A DNA stretch of 64,000 bases from the NCBI GenBank assembly GCA_963775565.1, contig CAVZJP010000001.1, positions 50,828 to 114,827 on the forward strand. Direction: 5' to 3'. Below, piece by piece: positions 1 through 10,033 of this stretch. The position numbers and the translations under genes were made by a program. The notes below the pieces were generated by a model. The model had not been told where the DNA came from. It ran no database searches and saw only the letters and a program-made list of their open reading frames with translations. Positions within the stretch are counted from its first letter, which is position 1; the number at the start of each line of letters is the position of its first letter. This DNA comes from an uncultured Gammaproteobacteria bacterium (GTDB lineage: Bacteria > Pseudomonadota > Gammaproteobacteria > Steroidobacterales > Steroidobacteraceae).

Positions 1-1599
1 CTTGAGGTCGGAAGTGGTCTCGCCGAAGCGCGCCGCCGGCTCATTGAAATTCGGCATCGGATGCTCGCCCGACTCCTCGACAACGAAGGAATCGTCGTCG
101 CCGCGACCGCTGGCGAGGCGTGCCGTCGGATCACGAAAATCGGTTACATCGGTCGAATCCAGCCCTGGAAAATCGCCGCCGCCGCCCGGGCTCGGCCGGC
201 GCCGCCTCGCGGCGATGATCAAGCCGGCGATCAACAACAGAATCGCGGCTGCGGGCAGCCACCAGTGATCCGTCGCCCAATCGAGCCATGATCCTGATTC
301 GGCAACCGGAGCGGGTTTCTTGACGGCCACCGGCGCGGGCGCCGGCAGCGGTGTCGGCGTTGGCGTCGCCGTGGTTTGCGCCGGCGGAGGAGTCGAACTC
401 GAGGCCGTGGCCGGAGCCGGCACGGGCGCAGGCGGCGGCGCAACAGGCTGAGGCGCTGCGGTTACCGGAGCGGCCGGCTGCGGCGCCACGGGCGGTGCAG
501 TCGCGAGCTTGCGTTGCAGCTCGGAAAGTTCATTGCTCTTGATATCGAGCGGCCGGCCAGAATCGGCGGGTTGCCCCGGCTTGTTGTCCTTGGCGTGCCC
601 GCTGAGCGCCTGAGTTTCCGCACTCGAGGCGGTGCTGTTGCTCGCGGAGGTGCTGCCGCCGGTACCCGGGGTCACCAGTCGCAGGTGGCCGCTGGACGCG
701 CTCGCGCTGCCGCGCCAAGCCTCCATTTGCTTGTGTACTTCGCGTATCGCCTCGGTTTGATTCAATGAGGCGATTTCGTCCGCACCCGGCAATCGCAGGA
801 CGGCGCCGCGCCGCAGAATATTGATGTTGCCGCCGAACGCGTCCGGGTTCGAGCGATACACCGCAATCATGGTCTTGTCGATTTCGGCCGGTGACTCAGC
901 ATTCATGCTGCGCGCAATCTTGGTCAGCGTATCGCCCTTGGCGACCCGGTAGCTGTTGCCGGTAATGACCCCAGCGTCCGTCTCGGAGCTACTCGGTCGC
1001 GGCGCATGACCGCGCTTGCCGGAAGGAGCACTCGGTGTTGCTGCGGCACGCGGTGCTTCGGCGGTGCTCGGTGTTTCAGTGGCAGGCGCTTCGGACGGCA
1101 ACGGGGCGGTTGCGGGAGCATGCTTGCTCGCGCGCGCTGTCGGCGTCGGCGCACCGACCGGCGCCGCCACCGGCGCGGCCGCATTGGCCCGCTCGCCCGG
1201 CGAATACACCGGCGGATCGAGCAATACGGTGTACTCGCGCATCAGCCGCCCGCGGGCCCAGTTGATTTCCACCAGGAATGTTACAAAGGGCTCGGGTATG
1301 GCTTCCGCTGAATGCACCCGCAGTACATCGCGGCCGTCCTTGCTCTTGCCCACCTTGAATGTGAACGACTGCAGGAAGGGGGGTCGATCGATGCCATAGC
1401 GGCTGAAGGACTCCTTGGTGGCAAGGGTCGCGCGCAACGCCGCCAAGTCATCCGGGTCGGCCCCGATCAAATCGATTTCGGCGTTCATCGGCTCGTTCAA
1501 AGCCGAGTTCAAGTGAATCTCACCCAGGCCCAATGCCCATGACAAGGACGGGGATAGCAGGCACGCCATCAGCATCAGGCGAGGCAGGGTCACAAACAT
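1..1599 (-). CDS. fimV: FimV-like type IV pilus/peptidoglycan-binding protein, N-terminal 533 codons (3' end lies beyond the left window edge)
   Basis: Absent from the ORF track because it is open at the edge. A reverse-strand ATG at 1597-1599 opens a stop-free frame down to nt 1. It encodes MFVTLPRLMLMACLLSPSLSWALGLGEIHLNSALNEPMNAEIDLIG (signal peptide plus conserved FimV N-terminus). Further features are a LysM-like YRVAKGDTLTKIARSM segment, a long Pro/Ala-rich linker and a TM segment WWLPAAAILLLIAGLIIAA. Synteny with the asd paralogue supports the call. Confidence 0.8.
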   Translation of the reverse strand, partial: MFVTLPRLMLMACLLSPSLSWALGLGEIHLNSALNEPMNAEIDLIGADPDDLAALRATLATKESFSRYGIDRPPFLQSFTFKVGKSKDGRDVLRVHSAEAIPEPFVTFLVEINWARGRLMREYTVLLDPPVYSPGERANAAAPVAAPVGAPTPTARASKHAPATAPLPSEAPATETPSTAEAPRAAATPSAPSGKRGHAPRPSSSETDAGVITGNSYRVAKGDTLTKIARSMNAESPAEIDKTMIAVYRSNPDAFGGNINILRRGAVLRLPGADEIASLNQTEAIREVHKQMEAWRGSASASSGHLRLVTPGTGGSTSASNSTASSAETQALSGHAKDNKPGQPADSGRPLDIKSNELSELQRKLATAPPVAPQPAAPVTAAPQPVAPPPAPVPAPATASSSTPPPAQTTATPTPTPLPAPAPVAVKKPAPVAESGSWLDWATDHWWLPAAAILLLIAGLIIAARRRRPSPGGGGDFPGLDSTDVTDFRDPTARLASGRGDDDSFVVEESGEHPMPNFNEPAARFGETTSDLK

Positions 1600-1703
1600 T
1601 TCTACTCCCAGAATTCTGGTAGGCAAGCGGGCAAAGTTCATTGTGCAATAGGGGCTTGGAAGCGAATTCTCACTTGCCTTTTACATAAGCCAATAACTAT
1701 ATC

Positions 1704-2732
1704 TTACTGGGATCTATTTACCAAAATCTGGGCGACGGAAACTGCGTTATGTGCCGCACATTTCCGAACATTATCGGCCACCACCCAAAAATTTAGACCC
1801 AAATCACGGGTCAAATCGGCCCGTATCCGCCCTACATATACCCGATCAGGGGCCGTTGCCAGTGTGGCTGGCGTCGGAAATTCGGCAATCGATTCGGGGT
1901 CGATCACGCTGATTCCACTCCCGCGTTGCAGCACGCTCACGGCGTCGGCAACCCCCATTTGCCGCTGGAACAGGGCATGGACCGCCAAACTATGGCCGAA
2001 GAACACGGGCACTCTGACTGCGGTGGCATTGATGGCTAGATCGGGCAAATCCAGCAGACGTCGGGTTTCCTCCCACAGCCGGCGCTCCTCGCGCGACACG
2101 CCGTCCGCTTCCAGCGCATCCACCAGAGGAATCACGTTGAAGGCGATCTGACGGCCGAACGCCCGCCCTTTGGCCTGCTTGCCGCTGAGCATGGCCACGG
2201 TCTCGCCGGCGAGTTCATCCATCGCACCGCGCCCGCTGCCGGATACCGCTTGATAGGTGGCCACCTCGACGCGCTTCAGACCGGCGCGGGCATGCAGCGG
2301 CGCAAGTGCGGTGGCAAGCGCCACGCTGGCGCTGCCGGGCAACGCGATCAGTCCGCGCCCGCCGACTGGGTCGAGCGCGCCGGGATTGACGTCCGCCGCC
2401 ACCAGCGGCACATCGCTGCGCGCCCGGAACGCTGCGGACCCATCGATCACCCAGGCGTGCGCCGCTGCCGCTTGCGCGTAGCGCTCGGACAGCGCGGCGC
2501 GCCCGCAAAAAAAAGCCAGATTCACGCTCGAGAAATCGAACGCGGCGATATCACCGATGCTGAGTTTCGCGTCCTCATCGCCGGCCGGCGCGCCGGCACT
2601 GCGTTGGTCATCGAGCGCATGCAATTGCGAATGCGGGAATTTCCGGGCCCGCAGTTCGTCGATGACCGCCTCGCCGATCAGGCTCGAGGCGCCGACCACG
2701 GCAATGCGGGGTAATGCGGCGGCGGGGCTCAT
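1704..2732 (-). CDS. Aspartate-semialdehyde dehydrogenase paralogue (USG-1-like)
   Basis: This is the internal part of ORF 1704..2873. The chosen start is MSPAAALPRIAVVGASSLIGEAV (Rossmann GxxGxxG) at 2730-2732, 3 nt after the aroC stop. C-terminal ASADH-type motifs are present: TYQAVSGSG, RVPVFFGHS, WVVADNVRK. The expected nucleophile Cys position reads Ser (LPGSAS). Confidence 0.75.
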   Translation of the reverse strand: MSPAAALPRIAVVGASSLIGEAVIDELRARKFPHSQLHALDDQRSAGAPAGDEDAKLSIGDIAAFDFSSVNLAFFCGRAALSERYAQAAAAHAWVIDGSAAFRARSDVPLVAADVNPGALDPVGGRGLIALPGSASVALATALAPLHARAGLKRVEVATYQAVSGSGRGAMDELAGETVAMLSGKQAKGRAFGRQIAFNVIPLVDALEADGVSREERRLWEETRRLLDLPDLAINATAVRVPVFFGHSLAVHALFQRQMGVADAVSVLQRGSGISVIDPESIAEFPTPATLATAPDRVYVGRIRADLTRDLGLNFWVVADNVRKCAAHNAVSVAQILVNRSQ

Positions 2733-2734
2733 CG

Positions 2735-3838
2735 CTAGGAGCCAGGCGCTTGGGTAATGACCGGCGTGGTGCGAATCACGTCGCCGCACTGCGCACGAAA
2801 GCGCAAGTAGTGATCCATCAACACCAGGGCCAGCATCGCTTCCGCGATTGGCGTCGCCCGGATACCCACGCAAGGATCGTGGCGCCCGGTGGTCACCACC
2901 TGGACGGGCGCGCCCTGAAGGTTGATGGTCTGGCCGGGCACCGTGATGCTGGAGGTCGGTTTCAGCGCCAGGCTGACCACGATGTCCTGCCCGGAGGAGA
3001 TTCCCCCCAGCACGCCGCCGGCGTGATTGCTCTTGAATCCTTGCGGGGTGAGTTCGTCTCGATGTTCGGAACCACGCTGTTCGATCGACTTGAAACCCGC
3101 GCCGATCTCGACGCCCTTCACGGCGTTGATGCCCATCATGGCGCTCGCCAGATCGGCATCGAGCCGCTCAAACACCGGTTCGCCCCAGCCCGGCGGCACG
3201 CCCTTGGCGATGACGGTCACGCGCGCGCCGATGGAATCGCCTGCCTCGCGGATACCCCAGATGAAATCCTCCAGTTCCTTGACGCGCGAAGGATCGGGGC
3301 AGAAAAAGGGATTGTCATAGGCGGCTGACGGATCGATCGGCTGCAGCACCAAGGGACCGAGCTGCGCCAGATATCCGTGGATGGCGATCTTAAGCCGTTC
3401 GCGAAGATACTTTCGCGCAATGGCGCCGGCCGCCACCCGCATCACGGTCTCGCGCGCCGAGGATCGGCCGCCGCCGCGGTAATCGCGAAAGCCGTATTTT
3501 TGCTGATAGGTGTAATCGGCGTGACCGGGACGAAAACGGTCCTTGATCTTCTCGTAGTCGCGCGAGCGCTGATCCTCGTTCTCGACCATCAATCCGATCG
3601 GCGTGCCCGTAGTCCGGCCCTCGAAAACGCCGGACAAAATGCGCACGGTATCGGACTCATGGCGCTGACTGGTGTACTGCGAAGTGCCCGGCCGCCTGCG
3701 GTTGACGTCCGCCTGCAGATCCGCCTCGGTCAGCTCGAGTCCGGGCGGACATCCGTCCACCACACACCCCAGCACCGGCCCGTGACTTTCCCCGAAACTG
3801 GTGACGGTGAATACCCTACCGAATGTGTTGCCTGCCAC
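2735..3838 (-). CDS. aroC: Chorismate synthase
   Basis: The 367-aa ORF begins [33 protein letters not shown] and is recognisable as AroC throughout. It sits next to prmB, as in E. coli. Confidence 0.95.
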   Translation of the reverse strand: MAGNTFGRVFTVTSFGESHGPVLGCVVDGCPPGLELTEADLQADVNRRRPGTSQYTSQRHESDTVRILSGVFEGRTTGTPIGLMVENEDQRSRDYEKIKDRFRPGHADYTYQQKYGFRDYRGGGRSSARETVMRVAAGAIARKYLRERLKIAIHGYLAQLGPLVLQPIDPSAAYDNPFFCPDPSRVKELEDFIWGIREAGDSIGARVTVIAKGVPPGWGEPVFERLDADLASAMMGINAVKGVEIGAGFKSIEQRGSEHRDELTPQGFKSNHAGGVLGGISSGQDIVVSLALKPTSSITVPGQTINLQGAPVQVVTTGRHDPCVGIRATPIAEAMLALVLMDHYLRFRAQCGDVIRTTPVITQAPGS

Positions 3839-3843
3839 GCCTC

Positions 3844-4779
3844 TTACTCTCCCTTTGCCGCCCGCTGCTTCGCATCCAGACCCTGCGCACTCAGCAAGAA
3901 TACTCCTCCGCCGCCCATCGAAATTTCCGGCCAGACGAACGGCAGCCGCGGAAATGCGCGCAGCAGCGCCGACTCGGTATTGCCGACTTCCACGACCAGG
4001 ATGCCGTCATCCTCGAGGTGCGATCGCGCCGCGGCCAAGATCGCGCGCACGGCCTTGAGGCCATCGGCTCCGGATGCCAATCCGAGCCGCGGTTCGTGCC
4101 GGTACTCGCGCGGCAGGGCGCGCATTTCGGCGCGCCCAACATAGGGCGGGTTGCTGACGATGATATCGTAACGACGGCCCCGAACGGCGCTGAAAAGATC
4201 GGATTGCAGTGCCGTGACGCGATTGCCCATCCCTAAGCTGCGCACATTGCGCCGGCAGACCGTCAAGGCCGCGGCGGAAATGTCGGCGGCATCGACGTGC
4301 GCGCGCGGAAAGGCCTGCGCGCAAGCCACTGCGATCGCGCCCGATCCGGTGCCGATATCCAGGATGCGGCGCACGCGGCGGGGGGCAATCCACGGCTGAA
4401 ATCGATTGCGCACGAGCTCCGCAATCGGCGATCGCGGCACCAGCACGCGCTCGTCAACATACAGCTCGAGGCCGGCGAAGAAGGCGCGATGCGTAAGATA
4501 GGCAAGGGGTATGCGCTCGGCGATGCGCCGCTTTAGCAGCGCGTCGATACGCGAGGTTTGACGCGGCGCGAGCAGATGCCTGTACGCACCGGCTCCACGA
4601 GCATGCGCGAGCCCCGCCACGAAGAACACCAATTCCGCCGCTTCATCGCGCGCATCGGCGGTGCCATGGCCGAAATGCACCCGCGCTTTGCGAAGTTCGC
4701 TTGCGCAGCGCTCGATGGCGCCGCCGACGCTTTCGCCCGGGCGAACGGGTTTGACTGCCCTGTGGGATAATCGCGGCAT
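3844..4779 (-). CDS. prmB: Ribosomal protein L3 N5-glutamine methyltransferase (HemK family)
   Basis: The 311-aa ORF carries [17 protein letters not shown], the SAM motif [12 protein letters not shown] and the catalytic IVSNPPYV. The prmB-aroC arrangement supports the call. Confidence 0.9.
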   Translation of the reverse strand: MPRLSHRAVKPVRPGESVGGAIERCASELRKARVHFGHGTADARDEAAELVFFVAGLAHARGAGAYRHLLAPRQTSRIDALLKRRIAERIPLAYLTHRAFFAGLELYVDERVLVPRSPIAELVRNRFQPWIAPRRVRRILDIGTGSGAIAVACAQAFPRAHVDAADISAAALTVCRRNVRSLGMGNRVTALQSDLFSAVRGRRYDIIVSNPPYVGRAEMRALPREYRHEPRLGLASGADGLKAVRAILAAARSHLEDDGILVVEVGNTESALLRAFPRLPFVWPEISMGGGGVFLLSAQGLDAKQRAAKGE

Positions 4780-5402
4780 GATTCAATCGAAACGATGGCT
4801 CATCGTGTTCCTATGCGTTGTGGCAGCCGGCGGCATCGCGGCTGCACTCTGGTCGCGGCCGCGCGCCCCGCTGGACTTGGCGACCGGCAGCCTCATCAGT
4901 CCCAGCCGCGCGATGCCGGATTTTAGCTTGATCGACGATCAGGGTCGTGCATTCGGCCCGAAGAATTTGCGCGGCCGCTGGTCTGTCCTGTTCTTCGGCT
5001 ACACCAACTGTCCCGATTACTGTCCCGCAACTCTCAGCCACCCTGGCGGCATTGCAGAAGCAACTGCGCGCCGCTCGGGCCCCGGTGCTGCCGCAGGTCA
5101 TTTTCGTCTCCGTGGACGCGAAGCGCGACACGCCGGCGCAGTTGGCAAAGTATGTGCCTTACTTCGATTCCGAATTCATCGGTCTCACCGCCGCCGATCA
5201 GCCGGCCATCGAGGCCTTTGCCAGGAAATGGGGTGTGACGGTGCTCGTCCGCCCTGCGTCGGACGGCAACTATGCGGTCGATCACTCGGGGCAGCTTTTT
5301 GTCATAGACCCGGCCGGCAAGGTCGCGGCCATTCTGACGGGCCCTTTCACGGTGAGCGCATTGCTCGGCGATTTTCAGCGCATCGTCGCCGGCAGCGCAT
5401 GA
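4778..5402 (+). pseudogene. SCO1/SenC copper chaperone (thioredoxin fold), reading frame broken by one extra base near 5030-5040
   Basis: The N-terminal half lies in the frame of ORF 4661..6244 ([19 protein letters not shown] ... FFGYTNCPDYCPATL, a CxxxC motif). The C-terminal half lies in the frame of ORF 4947..5402 (LSATLAALQKQL ... VIFVSVDAKRDTP ... YAVDHSGQLFVIDPAGK). The span is 625 nt (3n+1). The stop TGA overlaps the psd ATG. Confidence 0.8.
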
Positions 5403-6244
5403 CCTTCGGGCGGATTTTTGCGTGGGTTCAGCACGTGCTGCCGCAGCATGCGCTGTCAAGGCTGATGCTGCGCGCCACTCGCGCGCGCACGCCCTGGTTC
5501 AAGAACGCTCTGGTGCGCGGCTTCCTCAGACTGTATTCGGTGGATATGAGCGAGGCTCGGCAAAGCGATCCCTTGAGCTACGCCACCTTCAACGAGTTCT
5601 TCACCCGCGCGCTCAGGGATCACGTGCGCACCATCGACGCGGACCCGCGCAGCATTGCCTGCCCCGTTGACGGCACGATCAGCGAAGCCGGCAGCATCGA
5701 TGGCGACGCGCTGCTGCAAGCCAAGGGCCGGCGCTACAGCCTCGCCGAATTGCTGGCCGGCAAGAGTTGGGCCGGCCGGTTCGAAGGCGGCTGCTTCGCG
5801 ACCATTTATCTTGCACCCTTCAATTACCATCGCGTGCACATGCCGCTTCGCGGCTACCTCGAGGAAACCGTCTATGTTCCCGGCCGCCTCTTCAGCGTCA
5901 ACGCCGTCACCGCGGCTCACGTGCCAAGATTGTTCGCGCGCAACGAACGCGTGCTGACCTTGTTCGACACGGCATTCGGACAGGTCGCGCTGATCATGGT
6001 GGGCGCGCTGAACGTGGGCAGCATGAGCACCGTATGGGCAGGCGACATCACGCCTGCGGCGCGGCGCGCGATCACCACGCTGCCGCACCAACCCGTGACG
6101 CTGGACAAGGGCGCGGAGCTCGGGCGCTTCAACATGGGCTCGACGGTCATCCTCCTGTTCCAGAGGAATCACGCGAACCTTCACTCGGACGTACGCGCGG
6201 GGCTGCGCGTCAAACTCGGTGAATCGTTGGGTTCTTTGCAGTGA
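5399..6244 (+). CDS. psd: Phosphatidylserine decarboxylase proenzyme
   Basis: MTFGRIFAWVQHVLPQHALSRLM ... FNYHRVHMP ... the self-cleavage motif GRFNMGSTVILLF. The ATG at 5399 overlaps the SCO1 stop (ATGA). The 527-aa ORF in the track is a read-through artefact. Confidence 0.9.
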   Translation: MTFGRIFAWVQHVLPQHALSRLMLRATRARTPWFKNALVRGFLRLYSVDMSEARQSDPLSYATFNEFFTRALRDHVRTIDADPRSIACPVDGTISEAGSIDGDALLQAKGRRYSLAELLAGKSWAGRFEGGCFATIYLAPFNYHRVHMPLRGYLEETVYVPGRLFSVNAVTAAHVPRLFARNERVLTLFDTAFGQVALIMVGALNVGSMSTVWAGDITPAARRAITTLPHQPVTLDKGAELGRFNMGSTVILLFQRNHANLHSDVRAGLRVKLGESLGSLQ

Positions 6245-7201
6245 GCTGGTTGCCGACGGCCACGATGGACGCTCTGAAGCGGCGCGCCGGGATGCTGCGC
6301 GAGGCGCGGGAATTCTTCGCGGCGCGCGGCGTGCTCGAAGTGGAGACGCCGATCCTGAGCGCCGCCGCGGTGAGCGATCCACAGATCGAGTCGCTTGCCA
6401 CCCAGATCGCCGGCATGCGCACCCCAGCCTACCTCTGCCCCTCGCCGGAATATGCGATGAAGCGCCTGCTGGCGGCCGGCAGCGGCGACATCTACCAGGT
6501 GTGCAAGGTATTCCGCGACGCCGAGCGCGGCCGCTGGCACAACCCCGAATTCACGATGATTGAGTGGTACCGCGTTGGCTTCGACGATGCGGCACTGATG
6601 GACGAGGTCGAAGCACTGGTGCGGCAACTGCTCTCGCCGCTGCGCGCACTGCCGCCGGCCGAACGCTTGAGCTACAACTCCGCCTTGCGCCGTCACGCCG
6701 GCGTCGATGCGTTCGATGCCAGCGAGGATGAATTGCGCCAGGCCGCCGAACGCGCGCGGGATAATCTGTGACGCCGAACTTGACCGCGACGCCAAGCTGG
6801 ATCTTCTGATGGGGCTCATCGTCGGCCCTCGCCTGGGGCTGGAGCGCCCCTGTTTCATTTGCGATTATCCGGCCTCGCAGGCCGCCCTGGCGCGCTTGAA
6901 ACCGGGACAGCCGGCAGTGGCGGCGCGCTTCGAGTTGTACCTCGATGGCCTGGAACTCGCCAACGGATTTCATGAGTTGGCGCACCGCGATGAGCAACGT
7001 GCGCGTTTCCTTCAGGACTTGCGCACGCGCCGCGCGCGCGGTCAGCCGCAGCCGCCTTTGGATGAAAATTTTCTCGACGCGCTTGAGGCAGGCTTGCCCG
7101 ATTGCGCCGGCGTTGCCTTGGGGTTTGACCGCCTGGTTGCAATCGCGCTGGGCGCGTCGCGCTTGTCGGAGACAATCGCTTTCGACATCGACAACGCCTG
7201 A
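6241..7201 (+). pseudogene. epmA: EF-P lysine-34 lysyltransferase (PoxA/GenX), frame broken by one extra base in CGCGCGCGGG at 6751-6760
   Basis: ORF 6241..6771 carries class II aaRS-like motifs (VLEVETPIL, YQVCKVFRDAERGRWHNPEFTMIEWY). The protein continues in ORF 6707..7201 from GIICDAELDRDAKLDLL to ELANGFHEL ... GVALGFDRLV. The span is 961 nt (3n+1). The GTG start overlaps the psd stop (GTGA). Confidence 0.85.
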
Positions 7202-7225
7202 CCGCCGTGGTGACCCGGCGCCTCA

Positions 7226-7796
7226 CTAGCCTTTGCCGCGCGACAGATACTCGCCCGTGCGGGTATCGATGCGCAGAATCTCGCCCTCATTGATGAACAA
7301 CGGCACCCGCACCATCGCTCCCGTTTCCAGCTTCGCGGGCTTCGAACCGCCGGTCGCCGTATCGCCGCGCACCCCCGGATCGGTCTCGATCACCTTGAGT
7401 TCCATATGCGCCGGCGGCGTGACTTGCAGCGGCACGCCGTTCCAAAGCGTGACCACGCAAATCGTGCCGTCCTTGAGCCACTGAGCGCCGTCGCCAACCG
7501 CTTGTTTCGAGGCTGTGAGCTGCTCGAAGGTTTCGGGCACCATGAAATGAAAAAAATCGCCGTCGCTGTACAGATACTGCATATCCGTATCAACCACGTC
7601 GGCTGCTTCCACCGAGTCGCCCGACTTCCAGGTCCGTTCGATGGTGCGGCCGGTTTTCAAGTTGCGGACCCGCACACGGTTAAACGCCTGACCCTTGCCC
7701 GGCTTGACCATCTCGTTCTCGACAATGGCAAACGGGTCGCCGTCGATGAGAATTTTCAGGCCTGACTTTGAATTCGTTCGTACTGTAGGTAGCCAT
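7226..7796 (-). pseudogene. efp: Elongation factor P, frame broken by one extra base about 10 codons into the gene (7765-7770)
   Basis: The reverse strand at 7796 reads ATG GCT ACC TAC AGT ACG AAC GAA TTC AAA ([10 protein letters not shown], the canonical EF-P N-terminus). [28 protein letters not shown] ... [13 protein letters not shown] follows one base out of frame. The span is 571 nt (3n+1). The ORF-track start at 7840 gives a non-homologous N-terminus. Confidence 0.9.
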
Positions 7797-7950
7797 CGAA
7801 GGCCTCGCATTGAAGGGCGCGTATCATAGCCGCAACTCATGGCTCAAGCCAGTTCGGGGCCGATTGATCGCCGAAGGGGTTGACGCTCGTCCCAGAATCG
7901 CGGAATTTCAGGTGTTACACTTTGCGATCAATCAGCCAGGATTAGCCATA

Positions 7951-10012
7951 GTGACCGAACAGGGTGCCGTTCCAATGATCGTCATGACGAGGTCGCAGGA
8001 CCACGTCGAGGCGGTCAACAGCACGCTGCGCAAGGCGGGTCACCCGGTGCATTGCACCTGGCTGTCCGACGCCAGCGATCTGGGGGACGCCCTGACGCAG
8101 ATCAACCCGGAAATGTTGATCGCATTCATCGACGAGCTCGGCGTGGACCTCGCCTCCATCATGAAGGTGAAACAGCAGAGCGCGCCGGGCATGCCGGTGC
8201 TGATCGTGCGCGAGAACGTCGACGAGGCGGCGATTGCCGAAGCCATGCGCCTCGGGTGCCAGGATGTCGTGACGCTGGCGAACCGCACCCGTTTGCAGGC
8301 GGTTGCGAGCCGGGAACTGCGCGCCCATCGATTGGAGCGTGCCCTTTCGACGACTCTCTCCTCGGCGCGCGAATACCGCGATCAGCTGCAGAAGTTCCTG
8401 GAAGGCTCGGCGGACGCCATCACCCACGTGCAGGAAGGCATCATCGTGGATGCGAACCGCGCATGGCTCGAGTTGTTCGGCTACTCGGAGAACGACGCAC
8501 TCACCGGCACGCCGCTCATGGATCTGTTCGAACAGGAAACCCATCCCGGCACTCAAGGGCGCGTTGGTGGCCTGCCTGCAGGGCAAGTGGAGCGATCACG
8601 GCCTCAAGGTGCAGGCGCTGTTGTCGGACGGCTCGAGTCTGCCTCTCGAACTGAACCTCACCAAGGCTGACTACGAGAACGAGCCGGCGGTGCGCATCGC
8701 GATTTCGGCGCTGCGCAAGGAAAACCGCGACATCGAAGTGCAGCTGTCCGAGGCGGTGAAGAACGACGCGACGACCCAGTTTCTGCAGCAGCGATATCTG
8801 GTGAACGCCGTGCTGGAACGCGCGGCGCAGAGCATGAAGGGTGGCGTGCGCCAGATCGCCCACTTGAAGCCCGATCGCTTCATCGACATCCAGCATGCCA
8901 TCGGCGTGCTCGCGAGCGAGGATTTCATGGCGCAGCTTGCCGGGGTGCTGCGCCCGCAACTCACCAGCAGCGACATCTGCGGGCGCTTCGGCGGAAATGG
9001 CCTGCTGGTCATGCTCGAGAGGGGCACCGCGAAGGACGTGGAGACCTGGGCGGAAAACGTCGTCAAGCGCGTCAGCGAACATGTGTTCGTGAGCGAGGAC
9101 AAGAATCTATCGGCGACGATCACCGTTGGATTGGGATTGCTGCCGCCCTCCAATCCCGACGTGAGCGCGGCCATCTCGGATGCGGTCAGTGCCACGCGCC
9201 GCGGGCGCGAGCTCGGCGGCAACCAGATGTATGTCGTCGACAAGGCGGACACCGATACCCGCGTGCAGGCCTACGACAAGATCTGGGTCAAGCACATCAA
9301 GAGCGCCTTGATGGAGAATCGTTTCCGTCTGGTGCAGCAGCCCATCGCCAGCCTGCTCGGCGAGGACAAGGGCATGTTCGACGTGCTGGTGCGCATGCTG
9401 GACGAAAACGGCAACGAGGTGCTGCCGGCCGAATTCATCGCGGCGGCGGAACGCAACGACTTGATGAAGAACATCGATCGCTGGGTGATCGGCGCGTCGT
9501 TGTCATTCGCCGCAAACCGCAAGGCGGCGTGTATTTTCGTGCGCCTGTCCAAGGACACGGTGCTGGACAAAACCGTGCTGCCCTGGCTGGAAACGCAGCT
9601 CAAATCATTGAAAATCGAGCCCAAACGCTTGTGCATGCAGGTGACCGAGGAACTCGCCACGCAGTACGTGCGGCAGTCGAAGGAACTGGCGGAGAACCTG
9701 CGCAAACTGGGGTTCAGATTCGCGCTGGAACATTTCGGCACGGGCCGCGACCCGCTCAAGCTGCTCAACGACATCGAGATGAATTTCATCAAGGTGGACG
9801 GCTCCTTGATGCAGGGTCTGTCGACCAATCAGATTCAGCAGCAGCGCGTGAAGGGCCTGGTCGAGGCGGCGAAGCGCAAGGGCATCGAGACGGTGGCCGA
9901 GCGTGTCGAGGACGCCAACACCATGGCGGTGCTGTGGCAGCTCGGCATCGAGTTCATCCAGGGATACTTCGTGAACGCGCCCGAGGACGTGACCATGTCG
10001 GGCGAGCGTTAG
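7951..10012 (+). pseudogene. FimX-like REC-PAS-GGDEF-EAL protein with degenerate GGDEF and EAL motifs, frame broken by one extra base at CCC 8545-8547
   Basis: ORF 7810..8670 encodes a degenerate receiver plus PAS domain (ITHVQEGIIVDANRAWLELFGYS ... MDLFEQETHP). The protein continues in ORF 8303..10012 (ALKGALVACLQGKW ...). The GGDEF site reads RFGGNGLLVML and the EAL site reads FDVLVRM. Later EAL-domain motifs are partly altered: EHFGTGRD, IKVDGSL, IQGYF. The start is uncertain (GTG 7951 or ATG 7975). Confidence 0.7.
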
Positions 10013-10033
10013 AGCCCGGCCCAAAGCCCTGAG

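Noticed and set aside
4661-6244. A natural SCO1-Psd fusion protein (527 aa)
   Set aside because: The middle roughly 120 residues of that frame are non-homologous junk, while the true SCO1 C-terminus is in the +1 frame (4947..5402). The fusion is produced by a single-base indel plus a chance open frame.
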